DNA of 64,000 nucleotides, taken from an uncultured Ignavibacteria bacterium (GTDB taxonomy: Bacteria > Zixibacteria > MSB-5A5 > CAIYYT01). The position numbers and the translations under genes were made by a program. Numbering within the stretch: position 1 is the stretch's first letter; every line of letters begins with the position of its first letter. The stretch covers positions 1-64,000 of the forward strand of contig CAZIBI010000002.1 of the NCBI GenBank assembly GCA_964537215.1, given 5' to 3'. This document shows positions 49,459 through 59,631 of this stretch, piece after piece. The notes under the pieces were generated by a model. The model made no database searches and was not told the DNA's origin. It worked only from the letters and a program-made list of their open reading frames with translations.

Positions 49459-49638
49459 AGTTTGCAGTCTACTCCAACAAGTAATCCACAGTCACCGAGG
49501 AATTCATGTTCTTTTCGACAATTGAGCAGTTTGGCAGACCAGGTACGATGCCCTTGAAGGCGATCCGCACGACGCACTCAGCCCTGCACGTTCGTTACCA
49601 ACTACATAACCTGAACCAAACACGAGAAAGGAGGTCTC

Positions 49639-50316
49639 ATGAAGACCCAATCCAACCTGGTCACGACCATCGAGATCAAAGACCGCCAAGGCCGGGTCGT
49701 GGCGACCAAAGAGGTTGTCACGTACGCTGGCTTGCTCAATCGAGCCCACCAGGAAGGCTTGAAACAGATTGAAACGACGCTGCTCCAAGCCCCATCCGCC
49801 GCCAACGAAATGACCGCGATTTCTATGGCAAAAGTGGTGACAGAAAAAGGGGTGTTCACCGAGGTCGGCGATGCCAACCCCGGCAACGTCAATGCGACCA
49901 TCGTTCCCCACATCATTCGCATGGCGTTCACCAGAGCCAAGGCACGCGCCCTACGCGATGCCGTCAACGTCGGCGTCATCGCGCTCGAAGAGCTCACCGA
50001 CGACTACGCCAACGGCGCTGTGGATAGCGGAAACAGCGCGAAGACGAATGGTGCGACAGCGTCAGCAGCGGACGATGCCGGAAACGGCTCGACTGGCAAC
50101 GGCAGTAGTCAAGAGCCGGCCAGCGACCCGATGACGGAAAACCAGCGTCGCTACTTGTTCCGGCTGCTTGCCGAGCGCAGCATTACCGGCGATGAAGCCC
50201 ACGGTTTCTTGAAGCGGGCATTCGGCGTCGAGTCCCTGAAGGACGCGTCCAAAGCAGATGCCAGCACCTTGATCGACCACATCCTCAATGTGGGACTGGA
50301 GGGGGTGCCGTTCTGA
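49639..50316 (+). CDS. Putative Rad52/Sak-family single-strand annealing protein
   Basis: Central TEVGDANPGN...RMAFTRAKARALRDAVNVG resembles the Rad52 N-terminal signature (EDVGYG...[26 protein letters not shown]). Gly/Ser-rich linker plus small C-terminal domain. Strong AAAGGAGGT SD. Coupled to the exonuclease gene. Confidence 0.45.
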   Translation: MKTQSNLVTTIEIKDRQGRVVATKEVVTYAGLLNRAHQEGLKQIETTLLQAPSAANEMTAISMAKVVTEKGVFTEVGDANPGNVNATIVPHIIRMAFTRAKARALRDAVNVGVIALEELTDDYANGAVDSGNSAKTNGATASAADDAGNGSTGNGSSQEPASDPMTENQRRYLFRLLAERSITGDEAHGFLKRAFGVESLKDASKADASTLIDHILNVGLEGVPF

Positions 50317-51077
50317 TGCGCGACCACATTTCCGTCTCGCAGATCAATTTGTATCTGTCCTGCCCGCTCAAGTACAAGTACCGCTACATCGACGAACTTC
50401 CGGTGCCAAGCAAAGCCGCCGAACTTGCATTCGGCAGTGCCGTGCATTCGTCCATTGAGTGGTGGCATAAAGAGCGGCAAGCCGGGTACATGCACGAATG
50501 GGAAGACGTCGCCGTGATCTTCGCCGCCGACATGAACGCGCAGGCGGTTGATGACTTGCGCTTCAAGAATGGCGACGACCTTGACTCGCTGCTTGCGCTG
50601 GGCAGGCAGCTCATCGCCATCTACATTCAAGAGTACAAAGGGGCAGCACCGAAAGCCGTTGAGCAGAATTTCCGGGTACCGCTCGTCGATCTGGAAACCG
50701 GCGAGCGGCTCGATATGCCGCTCGAAGGCTACTTCGATCTGTTGGAAGAAGGTGACACCGTTGTTGAGCTGAAGACGGCAGCAAAAGTGTACGACACGAC
50801 AACCTTAGTCCAGCACTTGCAGCTGACCGCGTATTCGTACGCGTTCAGCTTCCTCAAGAAGCGCGACGCCAATCTCCGGATTGACATTCTCACCAAGACG
50901 AAGAAGCCGCGGCTGCACAGCTTCGAGATTACACGCACGCAGAACGACCACGTCCGCTTCGTCCACCTGGCCAAGCGAGTGATCCAAGGGATCCAAGCGG
51001 GGCACTTCTACCCCAACGCAGGTTGGCAGTGCCAAGGCTGCGAGTACTATGAAACGTGCCAGAAATGGCGTGGATAA
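50316..51077 (+). CDS. PD-(D/E)XK exonuclease, Cas4/RecB-like with C-terminal Cys cluster
   Basis: N-terminal ISVSQINLYLSCPLKYKYRY, D..ExK core (GYFDLLEEGDTVVELKT), C-terminal C-x-QCQGC-x5-C Fe-S-like cluster. Start overlaps the upstream stop. Confidence 0.7.
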   Translation: MRDHISVSQINLYLSCPLKYKYRYIDELPVPSKAAELAFGSAVHSSIEWWHKERQAGYMHEWEDVAVIFAADMNAQAVDDLRFKNGDDLDSLLALGRQLIAIYIQEYKGAAPKAVEQNFRVPLVDLETGERLDMPLEGYFDLLEEGDTVVELKTAAKVYDTTTLVQHLQLTAYSYAFSFLKKRDANLRIDILTKTKKPRLHSFEITRTQNDHVRFVHLAKRVIQGIQAGHFYPNAGWQCQGCEYYETCQKWRG

Positions 51078-51093
51078 GGAAGGAGAGTTCACT

Positions 51094-52158
51094 ATGTCCA
51101 TGATACTTATCGACGCCCACAAACAGTGGGTGAAACGAGCTCCCGATGAACGATTCACATCGTTGGATGCAATTCTGGAATTCACCGGAAACCGGAAACG
51201 CAATGCGCTGGAAGAAACGCACAGCTTGCGCAACCTCCGTCTCCACGCAACACACGGCGGCGGGATGTTCCTAAACGGGCACGTTCCGCACGCGGCGTTC
51301 ACGAACTGGTCTTTCTCGCAATTGTGCCAGTCGGTGAAGGCGCCTGCCGGATATCTTCGGTCGCTGTCTGCCGGCATGGCGGTGCAGTGCCTGGAATACG
51401 GCATGGCGAGAAACGGTGGGGAAGCGAAACTCTTGCTCAGGCGGAACGAGTCGCCGGACTCGGACGAGAGCAACTTTGGCAACGCCGTCTCCGCCTTCAC
51501 AAGTCCGACGTATGGCCGCATATGGGACTACGAGGTCATTTCCGAGCTTCTGGAGGCGATTAGAGGCTCGAACTGGCACCCGCCTGACTCGAAGACCGGA
51601 TCGGCCGGTCTCTACGCCTCAGATCGCGATATGTTCGTCTTTCTGATCAATGATGAACGTCTAATTGAGATCGGCAACGCTCGACTCGGCAAGGGGTTCT
51701 TCCTCTGGAATTCGGAAACCGGTTCGGCGACGTTTGGCCTGACGGTATTTCTATTCAACTTCGTCTGCGCGAATCACATTGTCTGGGGCGCTGAAGAAAT
51801 TCGAGAGCTCAAGATTGTGCACCGGCACCACGCGCTATCGCGATTCTACAGCGAGGCAATTCCGGTATTGAATCGGTTTGTCGAGAACCGCAATCTCGAT
51901 GAACGAATCCGGGAGACGGTGGGTCGAGCAATGGATGATCGTCTCGGAACCACCCTTGAAGAGATTAGTACGTCTTTGAAAGATCTTCCGTTCACGCGCA
52001 ACGAACTTGCAGCGGGCTGGAATACTGGCCTTGCCGAAGGAGAGGATGTTACGAGCCGCTGGGGCTTGACGCAAGGGTTGTCGGCCTACGCCCGTGCATT
52101 GCCATTTATTGACAAGCGAGTGAGCTTAGAGCGCCGAACCGGCGCGTTGCTAATCTGA
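51094..52158 (+). CDS. Hypothetical phage/plasmid-associated protein (DUF932-like)
   Basis: Size and context as for DUF932-type proteins of mobile elements. ATG with AGGAAGGAGAG SD. Low-confidence family call. Confidence 0.35.
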   Translation: MSMILIDAHKQWVKRAPDERFTSLDAILEFTGNRKRNALEETHSLRNLRLHATHGGGMFLNGHVPHAAFTNWSFSQLCQSVKAPAGYLRSLSAGMAVQCLEYGMARNGGEAKLLLRRNESPDSDESNFGNAVSAFTSPTYGRIWDYEVISELLEAIRGSNWHPPDSKTGSAGLYASDRDMFVFLINDERLIEIGNARLGKGFFLWNSETGSATFGLTVFLFNFVCANHIVWGAEEIRELKIVHRHHALSRFYSEAIPVLNRFVENRNLDERIRETVGRAMDDRLGTTLEEISTSLKDLPFTRNELAAGWNTGLAEGEDVTSRWGLTQGLSAYARALPFIDKRVSLERRTGALLI

Positions 52159-52252
52159 TTGAATCATGTTCTTTTCAAAGGGCTTGAACCATACCATTTC
52201 AAGCCCTTACTTAGTACCTGAAAACTGGCGGTCATCTGAGATCAAATCCTAG

Positions 52253-53467
52253 CTAGCTCAGTCTTGGGCCGCAGCAGAGGTTGAACTGCTGAAGGCTTCC
52301 GCACGGGCAGAGTCCGCTCTTAGAGAAGTGACTCACGCAGGCTAGAAACTCTGGTATTTCATCTGTGCGCATATTGAGACAGGTAGGCCAGGCGGAAAAC
52401 TTCTTGCGGTCACCCGGATTAATGCATTTGCGCCAGAGCGACGCTGTTGCGAGATCAGGCAGAGCGGAGAGTATTTCGTTAACGTTGTTCAGCTCCGGAG
52501 ACGACTTCGGAGTTTTGGACTTCAGCATCCAATTCGCAATTCGACTGAGATCGTCCTTGAGGTCCTTACCTGATAGGAATGTTTGATCAGCCGTCATGCA
52601 GCATGGCGCCGTCAAAGCATGGAACTTGTCGTTTGAGCAAAAGACCATACAGAAGGGCAAGTAGAATAAGTATTCTTTATCGACTTGGTTAGTGGCTCGG
52701 GTACCCACCAAGTTGCGAGCTAAGCCGAGGCGGAACGACAATTCGACTTTCGCGCAGTGGTAGGCAAACGGTGCGAATTCCCCAATTGTTCCTAGCCCTG
52801 AGAGTCTGTACCGTTCGACGATTGGTGTCCGATCAGGAGGATCAACTAGCAAGACCGATAGCATGAGAGATAGTGCGTCTGACTGATCATCCAGGTTGAG
52901 AAACAGCTTCTCAACACGCTGGACGAGCTCTTGAAAGCTCTTTGCGTCCGACAGTTGTTCAGCAGCTTGCGAGTAGAGTGTCCTCACATATTCGAGATCA
53001 AAGGTGCGCGAGTGTGCCCGCCACTCATCGGCAAATGCGATGTCGCTGGGGCCGAAATCGCCGCGCTGCCACCGCATTACATCTTGCTCTTGACGCGACT
53101 CCTCAAACACAATCCCAGAGCGACCGTCCTTGAGCGCGTGCCGATGTGCCCGATCGAGGACAATTTGATAGTTCGTCGGAACATACTCACCTGCTAGTTC
53201 GAGCGCGATTAGCTCGTGATGTAGCTGATTGTAGAAGCCTCGGGACTGAATCGCTTTCTTGGCAAGCCGCATGGCTTCACTCGGCTGCACAAGGCCTCCC
53301 GTATTCAACTTGGTGAGATCGCCGATTATTTCGAAGAAGAGAATGGGTGTCAGGTTTACAGTGTACAGCCGTGCGAGAAGTGAAATCTCGTGCTCATCTA
53401 GCGCCTGAAGCACCGACTTGTCGATGATGAGCACTGGCGCACTTAGTCCGTCATGTACTACCTTCAT
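52253..53467 (-). CDS. Hypothetical protein with C-terminal SEC-C metal-binding motif
   Basis: 404 aa. C-terminus CPCGSLQQFNLCCGP matches the SEC-C motif. The N-terminus (VLIIDKSVLQALDE...) is unassigned. Overlaps the upstream gene by 4 nt. Confidence 0.5.
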   Translation of the reverse strand: MKVVHDGLSAPVLIIDKSVLQALDEHEISLLARLYTVNLTPILFFEIIGDLTKLNTGGLVQPSEAMRLAKKAIQSRGFYNQLHHELIALELAGEYVPTNYQIVLDRAHRHALKDGRSGIVFEESRQEQDVMRWQRGDFGPSDIAFADEWRAHSRTFDLEYVRTLYSQAAEQLSDAKSFQELVQRVEKLFLNLDDQSDALSLMLSVLLVDPPDRTPIVERYRLSGLGTIGEFAPFAYHCAKVELSFRLGLARNLVGTRATNQVDKEYLFYLPFCMVFCSNDKFHALTAPCCMTADQTFLSGKDLKDDLSRIANWMLKSKTPKSSPELNNVNEILSALPDLATASLWRKCINPGDRKKFSAWPTCLNMRTDEIPEFLACVSHFSKSGLCPCGSLQQFNLCCGPRLS

Positions 53468-54450
53468 GATTCAGTCGAATCATCTGGCCCACGGAGCAAC
53501 TTTGGATTGCGATAGTCAATGGCATCGTGATCTTCGGCGGGGTGGGGTGCGAACTGACTCGGTACAACGCCTTGATCAAAGAGGTCTAACGAGTGTTTTA
53601 CGATTCTCATTGCAGCTTCGTCAGGAATCTCCTTCGGAATTGTGCCTTCGGCCGCGGCACGTTGTAACTCTCTCAGTGCAGCAACGCCTTCGCTGAGGAC
53701 TTTGTTCACCCGTTCTGCTCGTTCAATGTCGCGGTAGTGCCAGCGGAAGAGCGCGTTCAGTACACACTCTACGGTCTTCGCCAGTCCCTCTCCAAGTTTG
53801 AATTCAATTCGAATCGGCGATCCCGTTTCAATGCGGAGAATTTCCACTGGATGAAGGTTCTCCTGAGGTCTGAGGGAAGCAAGCTCTCCAGCGAGTTCGC
53901 TTACCAATTCCAGAATCTTAGAGAGTTGTTGAGCTTGAGTAAGTCCAATTCGGAATTGCAGAACGTCAATCGAAACTACGGTCGGAATATCTTCAGGATC
54001 GTCATCCTGGAGTCCGAGTAAGCTCTGCAAGCTTTCCTCCACCGCTGTCATTCGTAGCCAGTTCTCGTAAACCTCCCCCCGAAACTCGCTTGCCTGATCT
54101 CGAGTCTGGTGATTGATGTGATGCACCGCCACAGCAGGTACAATTGTACTACTCAATAATGCATTGAAGTTCAACGCTTCAAGAATTTCTCTAGCTGCCG
54201 GATTCTGCGAGATGGCGTCAATGCCACGAACCAGTTCGGCATGCAACAGCATGACCGTCGGATTGGGCAGAACATTTCCGTTGTGGTTTGGATAGTCCCG
54301 GTTTTCAAAAAACAACTCTCGTGCTGTCGGAAATCGCTCTCGAATCCATTTGATGCCAGCAACAATGTCCTTGGGATACAAAACCCCTCCTGCTTTAGAT
54401 GTAGTCAGCTCAACTAATCTCGCGCTTCTAGCGCTTGCGTGAAACGGCAC
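53464..54450 (-). CDS. Hypothetical protein, upstream partner of the SEC-C protein
   Basis: No recognisable motifs. The ORF track start is GTG; a TTG at about 54381 with AGGAGG SD may be the true start. Confidence 0.4.
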   Translation of the reverse strand: MPFHASARSARLVELTTSKAGGVLYPKDIVAGIKWIRERFPTARELFFENRDYPNHNGNVLPNPTVMLLHAELVRGIDAISQNPAAREILEALNFNALLSSTIVPAVAVHHINHQTRDQASEFRGEVYENWLRMTAVEESLQSLLGLQDDDPEDIPTVVSIDVLQFRIGLTQAQQLSKILELVSELAGELASLRPQENLHPVEILRIETGSPIRIEFKLGEGLAKTVECVLNALFRWHYRDIERAERVNKVLSEGVAALRELQRAAAEGTIPKEIPDEAAMRIVKHSLDLFDQGVVPSQFAPHPAEDHDAIDYRNPKLLRGPDDSTES

Positions 54451-54690
54451 CTGCGCAAGACAGTCACCGGACTATTTAAGCGAAATGTTTGCATAAGATC
54501 AAGGGCTTCGAGGTGATCAACATGCCGATTCCGACAAAACAGTGTGTCGGCTCCCGGGAGAGTCGATCAAGAATTATGGACTCTTTTCACTTGCCCATAT
54601 CACTTACTTACTTTACCTTTCGGTTCGAAATAGGTAGCATAAAATGGGTGTTCTAATGACTGCGCGTGCACTACTTAGCACGAAAACATC

Positions 54691-56922
54691 ATGCAACTAA
54701 GCGATAACGAAAAACGGGATATAATCAAGTATATTGAGGCCGGAAAGCCTCTGCCCGACAAGTATCGCTTCCTGCTTTTCGAGGAAAAGCAGGAAGTCGA
54801 GCTCGTTTGGAATGGCAAAACCAGCGAAGTCACAAACGTTGTATTGCCATTTCAGATTATCGAGCAAGTAGACGAACCACGGAGTGAAAAGGACGTAAAG
54901 CTCCAACTTGGCCTGTTTGATCTGGATTCGCGGGGACGGCAGCTCAAAGGGTGGACAAACAAACTCATTTGGGGAGACAACAAACTGATCCTCTCCAGTC
55001 TCAAGAACGGTCCGATGCGCCAAGAGATTGAAGAGCAGGGCGGCATCAAGCTCATCTACATTGACCCACCGTTCGATGTCGGGGCAGACTTCTCGATGGA
55101 CATTGAGATCGGCGAGGACACACTTACCAAGCGTCCGAATGTCCTTGAAGAACTTGCCTATCGGGATACTTGGGGCAAGGGTGCGGATTCATTTATCGCC
55201 ATGATCTATGAGCGCCTCGTGCTGATGCGAGACTTGCTGGCAGAAGATGGAAGCATTTATGTGCATTGTGACTGGAGGCTAATCGCATACATGCGGCTCG
55301 TCCTCGACGAAGTATTTTCGACAGATCGCTTCCAAAACATTATTACGTGGAGACGTGGTCCGCAAAAATCGCACGGCCTTGGATATGGTCACAATGCAGA
55401 CTACATCATCTATTTCACCAAATCGAATCACTTCATTTGGAATAAGCCTGTTGGCGACCTTTCGGAAGAGTATCTCAAGTCATTCAAACAGGACGCAAAG
55501 GGGAAGTATGTCACGACTCCGCTGCATAGCGGACGACCGGCGCTTCACGTACCGGCTTGGAGGGGTGCCAAGCCGCCACAAGGACGCGGCTGGGCTTATA
55601 AGATTGAAACACTTGAACAATTCGAACGCGATGGCCTGATCGAGTGGAGCAAGACAGGGACTCCGAGACTCAAGCGTTACCTCGACGACATTGAGGGTGC
55701 CGCAGTTCAAGAAATCTGGTCCGATATCAAACCCCTGCTCGCAAAGAGTGGTGAGCACTTAGCGTATCCGACTCAAAAACCTGAGGAGTTACTCGACCGC
55801 ATTATTGAAGCCTCATCTAATGAAAACGATGTTATCGCCGATTTCTTCTGTGGTTCCGGTACTACGCTAGCAGTCGCGGAAAGGCTCGGGCGTAAGTGGA
55901 TAGGTACGGATTTAGGAAAATTCGCAATTCATACTTCAAGAAAGCGAATGATCGCGGTTCAGCGGCAGCGAAAGACTGCCGGCGAATCATTCCGTGCATT
56001 CGAAATCCTCAACCTTGGGAAATACGAACGACAGCACTATATCGGGGTCAACCCGAATCTTCGGGATCAAGAGAAACAGAGGCAAATCGCGAAGAAGGAA
56101 AAGGACTTCATCGCGTTGATTCTTTCAGCGTACCGGGCCGAAGCCGTCGATGGATTCAAGACTTTCCATGGCAAAAAATCATCTCGCCTTGTCGCAATCG
56201 GTCCAATCAACTTGCCCGTATCGCGCCTCTTCGCCGAGGCAGTAATTGCCGAGTGCCTGGAGAAGAAAATCACCAAGGTAGATATTCTCGCTTTCGAGTT
56301 TGAAATGGGGTTGTTTCCCAACATTCAAGAAGAGGCTAAGCGAAAGGGCGTCGATCTTGCACTAAAGTACATACCGCGCGAAGTCTTCGACAAGCGCGCC
56401 ATCGAAAAGAACCAAGTTGTATTCCATGACGTTAGCTTCATCGAATTGAAGCCTATCGTAAAGAAGGGTCTCGTCTCCGTCGAACTTACCGATTTTTCGG
56501 TATTCTACAACCAAGACTCGCTAAAGGACGTCGAGGAGAATCTCAAGGCCGGTGGAAAAAAACTGATCGTCCAGAACGGCCAAATCATTAAGGTCGCGAA
56601 AGATAAGAATGAGGTCGTCACTCGTGAAGTGCTCACGAAGAAATGGACTGATTGGATAGACTATTGGGCCGTGGACTTCGCCTTCGAGAGTAAGAAAGAA
56701 ACGATCCGCGTAAAGAGCGAAAAGGCCGAAGGGTACGACGAAGTCTGGACCGGCAGCTATGTCTTTGAGAACGAGTGGCAGTCGTTCCGAACGAAGAAAG
56801 AACGTAGTCTCGAACTGACCAGTGTCGCTCGCGAACTCCCTAAGGGGAAGCACAAGATCGCCGTCAAAGTCGTTGACATCTTCGGCAACGACACGATGAA
56901 GGTCATCGAGGTCACTGTCTAG
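54691..56922 (+). CDS. mod: Type III restriction-modification methyltransferase (Mod), beta-class N6A/N4C amino-MTase
   Basis: Motif IV DPPF (LIYIDPPFDVG) precedes motif I FxGxG (DFFCGSGTT). 743 aa. 12 nt upstream of res. Confidence 0.85.
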   Translation: MQLSDNEKRDIIKYIEAGKPLPDKYRFLLFEEKQEVELVWNGKTSEVTNVVLPFQIIEQVDEPRSEKDVKLQLGLFDLDSRGRQLKGWTNKLIWGDNKLILSSLKNGPMRQEIEEQGGIKLIYIDPPFDVGADFSMDIEIGEDTLTKRPNVLEELAYRDTWGKGADSFIAMIYERLVLMRDLLAEDGSIYVHCDWRLIAYMRLVLDEVFSTDRFQNIITWRRGPQKSHGLGYGHNADYIIYFTKSNHFIWNKPVGDLSEEYLKSFKQDAKGKYVTTPLHSGRPALHVPAWRGAKPPQGRGWAYKIETLEQFERDGLIEWSKTGTPRLKRYLDDIEGAAVQEIWSDIKPLLAKSGEHLAYPTQKPEELLDRIIEASSNENDVIADFFCGSGTTLAVAERLGRKWIGTDLGKFAIHTSRKRMIAVQRQRKTAGESFRAFEILNLGKYERQHYIGVNPNLRDQEKQRQIAKKEKDFIALILSAYRAEAVDGFKTFHGKKSSRLVAIGPINLPVSRLFAEAVIAECLEKKITKVDILAFEFEMGLFPNIQEEAKRKGVDLALKYIPREVFDKRAIEKNQVVFHDVSFIELKPIVKKGLVSVELTDFSVFYNQDSLKDVEENLKAGGKKLIVQNGQIIKVAKDKNEVVTREVLTKKWTDWIDYWAVDFAFESKKETIRVKSEKAEGYDEVWTGSYVFENEWQSFRTKKERSLELTSVARELPKGKHKIAVKVVDIFGNDTMKVIEVTV

Positions 56923-56934
56923 GGGAAAACACGT

Positions 56935-59631
56935 ATGGCGCTACATCCCAATTTCCCGAAATCCCCACACGCAATCCTTGATCCCGCGATCCGCTGGTTC
57001 CCAGCGGACGAGTCCTTGCGCGAACAGGGATACGACAAATTGCTCCCGCCTCTCGTCGCCGAACTGCGCAAGCAGGTGCGAGACTGGCGGCTTTCTGGGT
57101 ATCAAGGCGCAAGTGAAACCAGCCGAACTCTTCTGAACTGGTGGTTCTTGCGGGAACACCCTGTGTCAAGCGCGAAGGGTGAAACCTTTCTGTTCCAATA
57201 CTACTTCGCCCAACGGGAAGCTGTTGAGACGATCATTTGGCTCTATGAAGTAGCGCAGGCACGAGACAAGTACGACCTCATCCGGCATGATAGCTCTGGT
57301 GCTGTTTCGGCGGGCATGTTCGACGAGACTTGGACTCGCTACGTTGTTAAGATGGCGACGGGTTCGGGCAAGACGAAAGTCTTAAGTCTGATCCTGACCT
57401 GGTGCTATTTCCATAAGCTCTACGAAACAGGCTCCGAACTAGCTCGCAATTTCCTCGTCATCGCGCCGAACATCATCGTCTTAGATCGCCTACGTGCGGA
57501 CTTCGACGGCTTGAAGATCTTCTTCGAGGATCCGGTGCTCCCGGACAACGGCGTCGACGGCCACAATTGGCGCGACGACTTCCAACTGACATTGCACATC
57601 CAAGACGAGATCGGCACGATTCGCAAGACCGGCAACATCTTCTTGACGAACATTCACCGCGTCTACCAAGGCGCGATCGAAGCATCCAGCTTCGATGACG
57701 AAGATACTGCCGACTACTTTCTTGGCAAGCGCCCTGTGGGCGCGACCAATCAGTCGAAACTCGACCTTGGCGACATTGTTCGCAACATCGACGAGCTCGT
57801 CATCTTAAATGACGAAGCCCACCACATCCATGACCCGCGTTTAGCATGGTTCAAAGCAATCGAAGACATCCACAACCGTCTGCTCATGAAAGGCGACAAG
57901 CTCAGCCTTCAGGTCGACGTCACAGCGACGCCGAAGCACAACAACGGCTCGATCTTCGTGCAGACGGTGAGCGACTATCCGCTTGTCGAAGCGATCCACC
58001 AGGACGTCGTGAAGCACCCGGTCCTGCCAGATTCAGCGAGCCGGGCGAAGCTGCAGGAGCACAAAAGCTCCAGCTTCACCGAGAAGTATAAGGACTACAT
58101 CCACCTCGGCTACCTGGAGTGGAAGAAAGCATACGATGAGCACTTGAAGCTCCAGAAGAAGGCAGTGCTCTTCCTCATGACCGATGACACCAAGAATTGC
58201 GACGAAGTCGCGAAGTACCTTGAATCTACCTACCAAGAACTCCAGGGCGCCGTCCTGGTCATTCATACGAAGGACAATGGCGAAATCTCGGAAAGCGTCA
58301 CCGGCAAGAAAGAAGAAGAGCTCAAGTTACTCCGCGAGGCGGCGAACTCCATCGACCACTTGGGCAACCCGTACAAGGCCATCGTGTCCGTCCTGATGCT
58401 CAAGGAAGGCTGGGACGTGCGGAACGTCACCACGATCGTCGGCTTACGCGCGTACAGCGCCAAGAGCAATATCCTTCCGGAACAGACGCTCGGCCGCGGC
58501 CTGCGGCGCATGTACCACGATCCCGACCTTCCGGAACTCGTCAGCGTCGTCGGTACGGATGCCTTCATGGATTTCGTGGAATCGATCAAGAGCGAAGGCG
58601 TCGAGCTCGAACGACGGCAAATGGGTGAAGGCTCAGGGCCGAAGACGCCGATCGTTGTTGAAGTCGACAAAGAGAATCGGAAGAAGAATATTGAACAGCT
58701 CGATATCGACATCCCCGTTCTAACTCCGCGCATTTATCGAGAGTACAAGAATCTCTCAGAGCTTGCCGTTGATCGGTTCGGCATCAAGAAGATCCCGCTC
58801 AAAGAATTTACCGAGGAACAGAAGAGGCAGATCGTCTTCCGTGATATCACGAGCGGCGAGGTAACCCATACGACAGAACTCGATACCGACTTTGTCCCAA
58901 ACTACCAGAGCGTCATCGGCTACTTCACGCAAGTCATCATGAAAGACTTGCGCCTCGTCAGCGGGTACGACGTCCTCTACGGCAAAGTGAAGGAATTCAT
59001 TCAGCAACACTTGTTCGTCAAGAGAATTGAGCTGGACAACTTAAATTCGCTCCGGAACCTCTCCGAAATCGAAGCGTCACGCACGGTCGTCGAGACGTTC
59101 AAGAAGGAGATCAACTCTCTCACAGTCTTGGATCGAGGCGAAGCTGAAATCCGTGACTACATCAAAATTAGTAAGAGCCGCCCCTTCGTTGTGAAGGAGC
59201 AGGGGTACATTATTCCCAAGAAGAGTGTGTTCAACAAGATTGTTGGGGACAGCCACTTCGAACTTGAGTTCGCCAATTTCCTCGAGGGTTGCGACGACAT
59301 CATTTCCTACGCAAAGAATTATTTCGCCGTTCACTTTCGGATAGACTACAGGAACGCCGACGGGAGCATTTCCGACTACTACCCGGACTTCATTGTCAAG
59401 GTCGCGCCGAAGCAGTATTTCGTTGTTGAGACAAAGGGCAGAGAAGATTTGGACGATGTATTGAAAATCGAACGTCTTCAACAATGGTGTGACGACGTGA
59501 ATGCGACGCAGCGAGAGATCAAGTACCAGATGCTGTATGTGAAGCAAGAGCAATGGGAGTCTTCTCCTAACCGTCCAAGGTCGTTTAAGAATGCAATTCA
59601 ATTGTTCCAACAAAAGGCACGTTTAGTATGA
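56935..59631 (+). CDS. res: Type III restriction endonuclease Res subunit (SF2 helicase + C-terminal PD-(D/E)XK)
   Basis: Helicase motif I (MATGSGKTKV), motif II DEAH (LNDEAHH), C-terminal nuclease-like D...VETKG. Confidence 0.85.
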   Translation: MALHPNFPKSPHAILDPAIRWFPADESLREQGYDKLLPPLVAELRKQVRDWRLSGYQGASETSRTLLNWWFLREHPVSSAKGETFLFQYYFAQREAVETIIWLYEVAQARDKYDLIRHDSSGAVSAGMFDETWTRYVVKMATGSGKTKVLSLILTWCYFHKLYETGSELARNFLVIAPNIIVLDRLRADFDGLKIFFEDPVLPDNGVDGHNWRDDFQLTLHIQDEIGTIRKTGNIFLTNIHRVYQGAIEASSFDDEDTADYFLGKRPVGATNQSKLDLGDIVRNIDELVILNDEAHHIHDPRLAWFKAIEDIHNRLLMKGDKLSLQVDVTATPKHNNGSIFVQTVSDYPLVEAIHQDVVKHPVLPDSASRAKLQEHKSSSFTEKYKDYIHLGYLEWKKAYDEHLKLQKKAVLFLMTDDTKNCDEVAKYLESTYQELQGAVLVIHTKDNGEISESVTGKKEEELKLLREAANSIDHLGNPYKAIVSVLMLKEGWDVRNVTTIVGLRAYSAKSNILPEQTLGRGLRRMYHDPDLPELVSVVGTDAFMDFVESIKSEGVELERRQMGEGSGPKTPIVVEVDKENRKKNIEQLDIDIPVLTPRIYREYKNLSELAVDRFGIKKIPLKEFTEEQKRQIVFRDITSGEVTHTTELDTDFVPNYQSVIGYFTQVIMKDLRLVSGYDVLYGKVKEFIQQHLFVKRIELDNLNSLRNLSEIEASRTVVETFKKEINSLTVLDRGEAEIRDYIKISKSRPFVVKEQGYIIPKKSVFNKIVGDSHFELEFANFLEGCDDIISYAKNYFAVHFRIDYRNADGSISDYYPDFIVKVAPKQYFVVETKGREDLDDVLKIERLQQWCDDVNATQREIKYQMLYVKQEQWESSPNRPRSFKNAIQLFQQKARLV

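Noticed and set aside
49506-49772. 88-aa plus-strand ORF overlapping the start of the annealase gene
   Set aside because: It is out of frame with, and overlaps, a gene that has a strong SD and ATG (49639). The region is better explained as the divergent promoter/5' UTR plus the annealase N-terminus.
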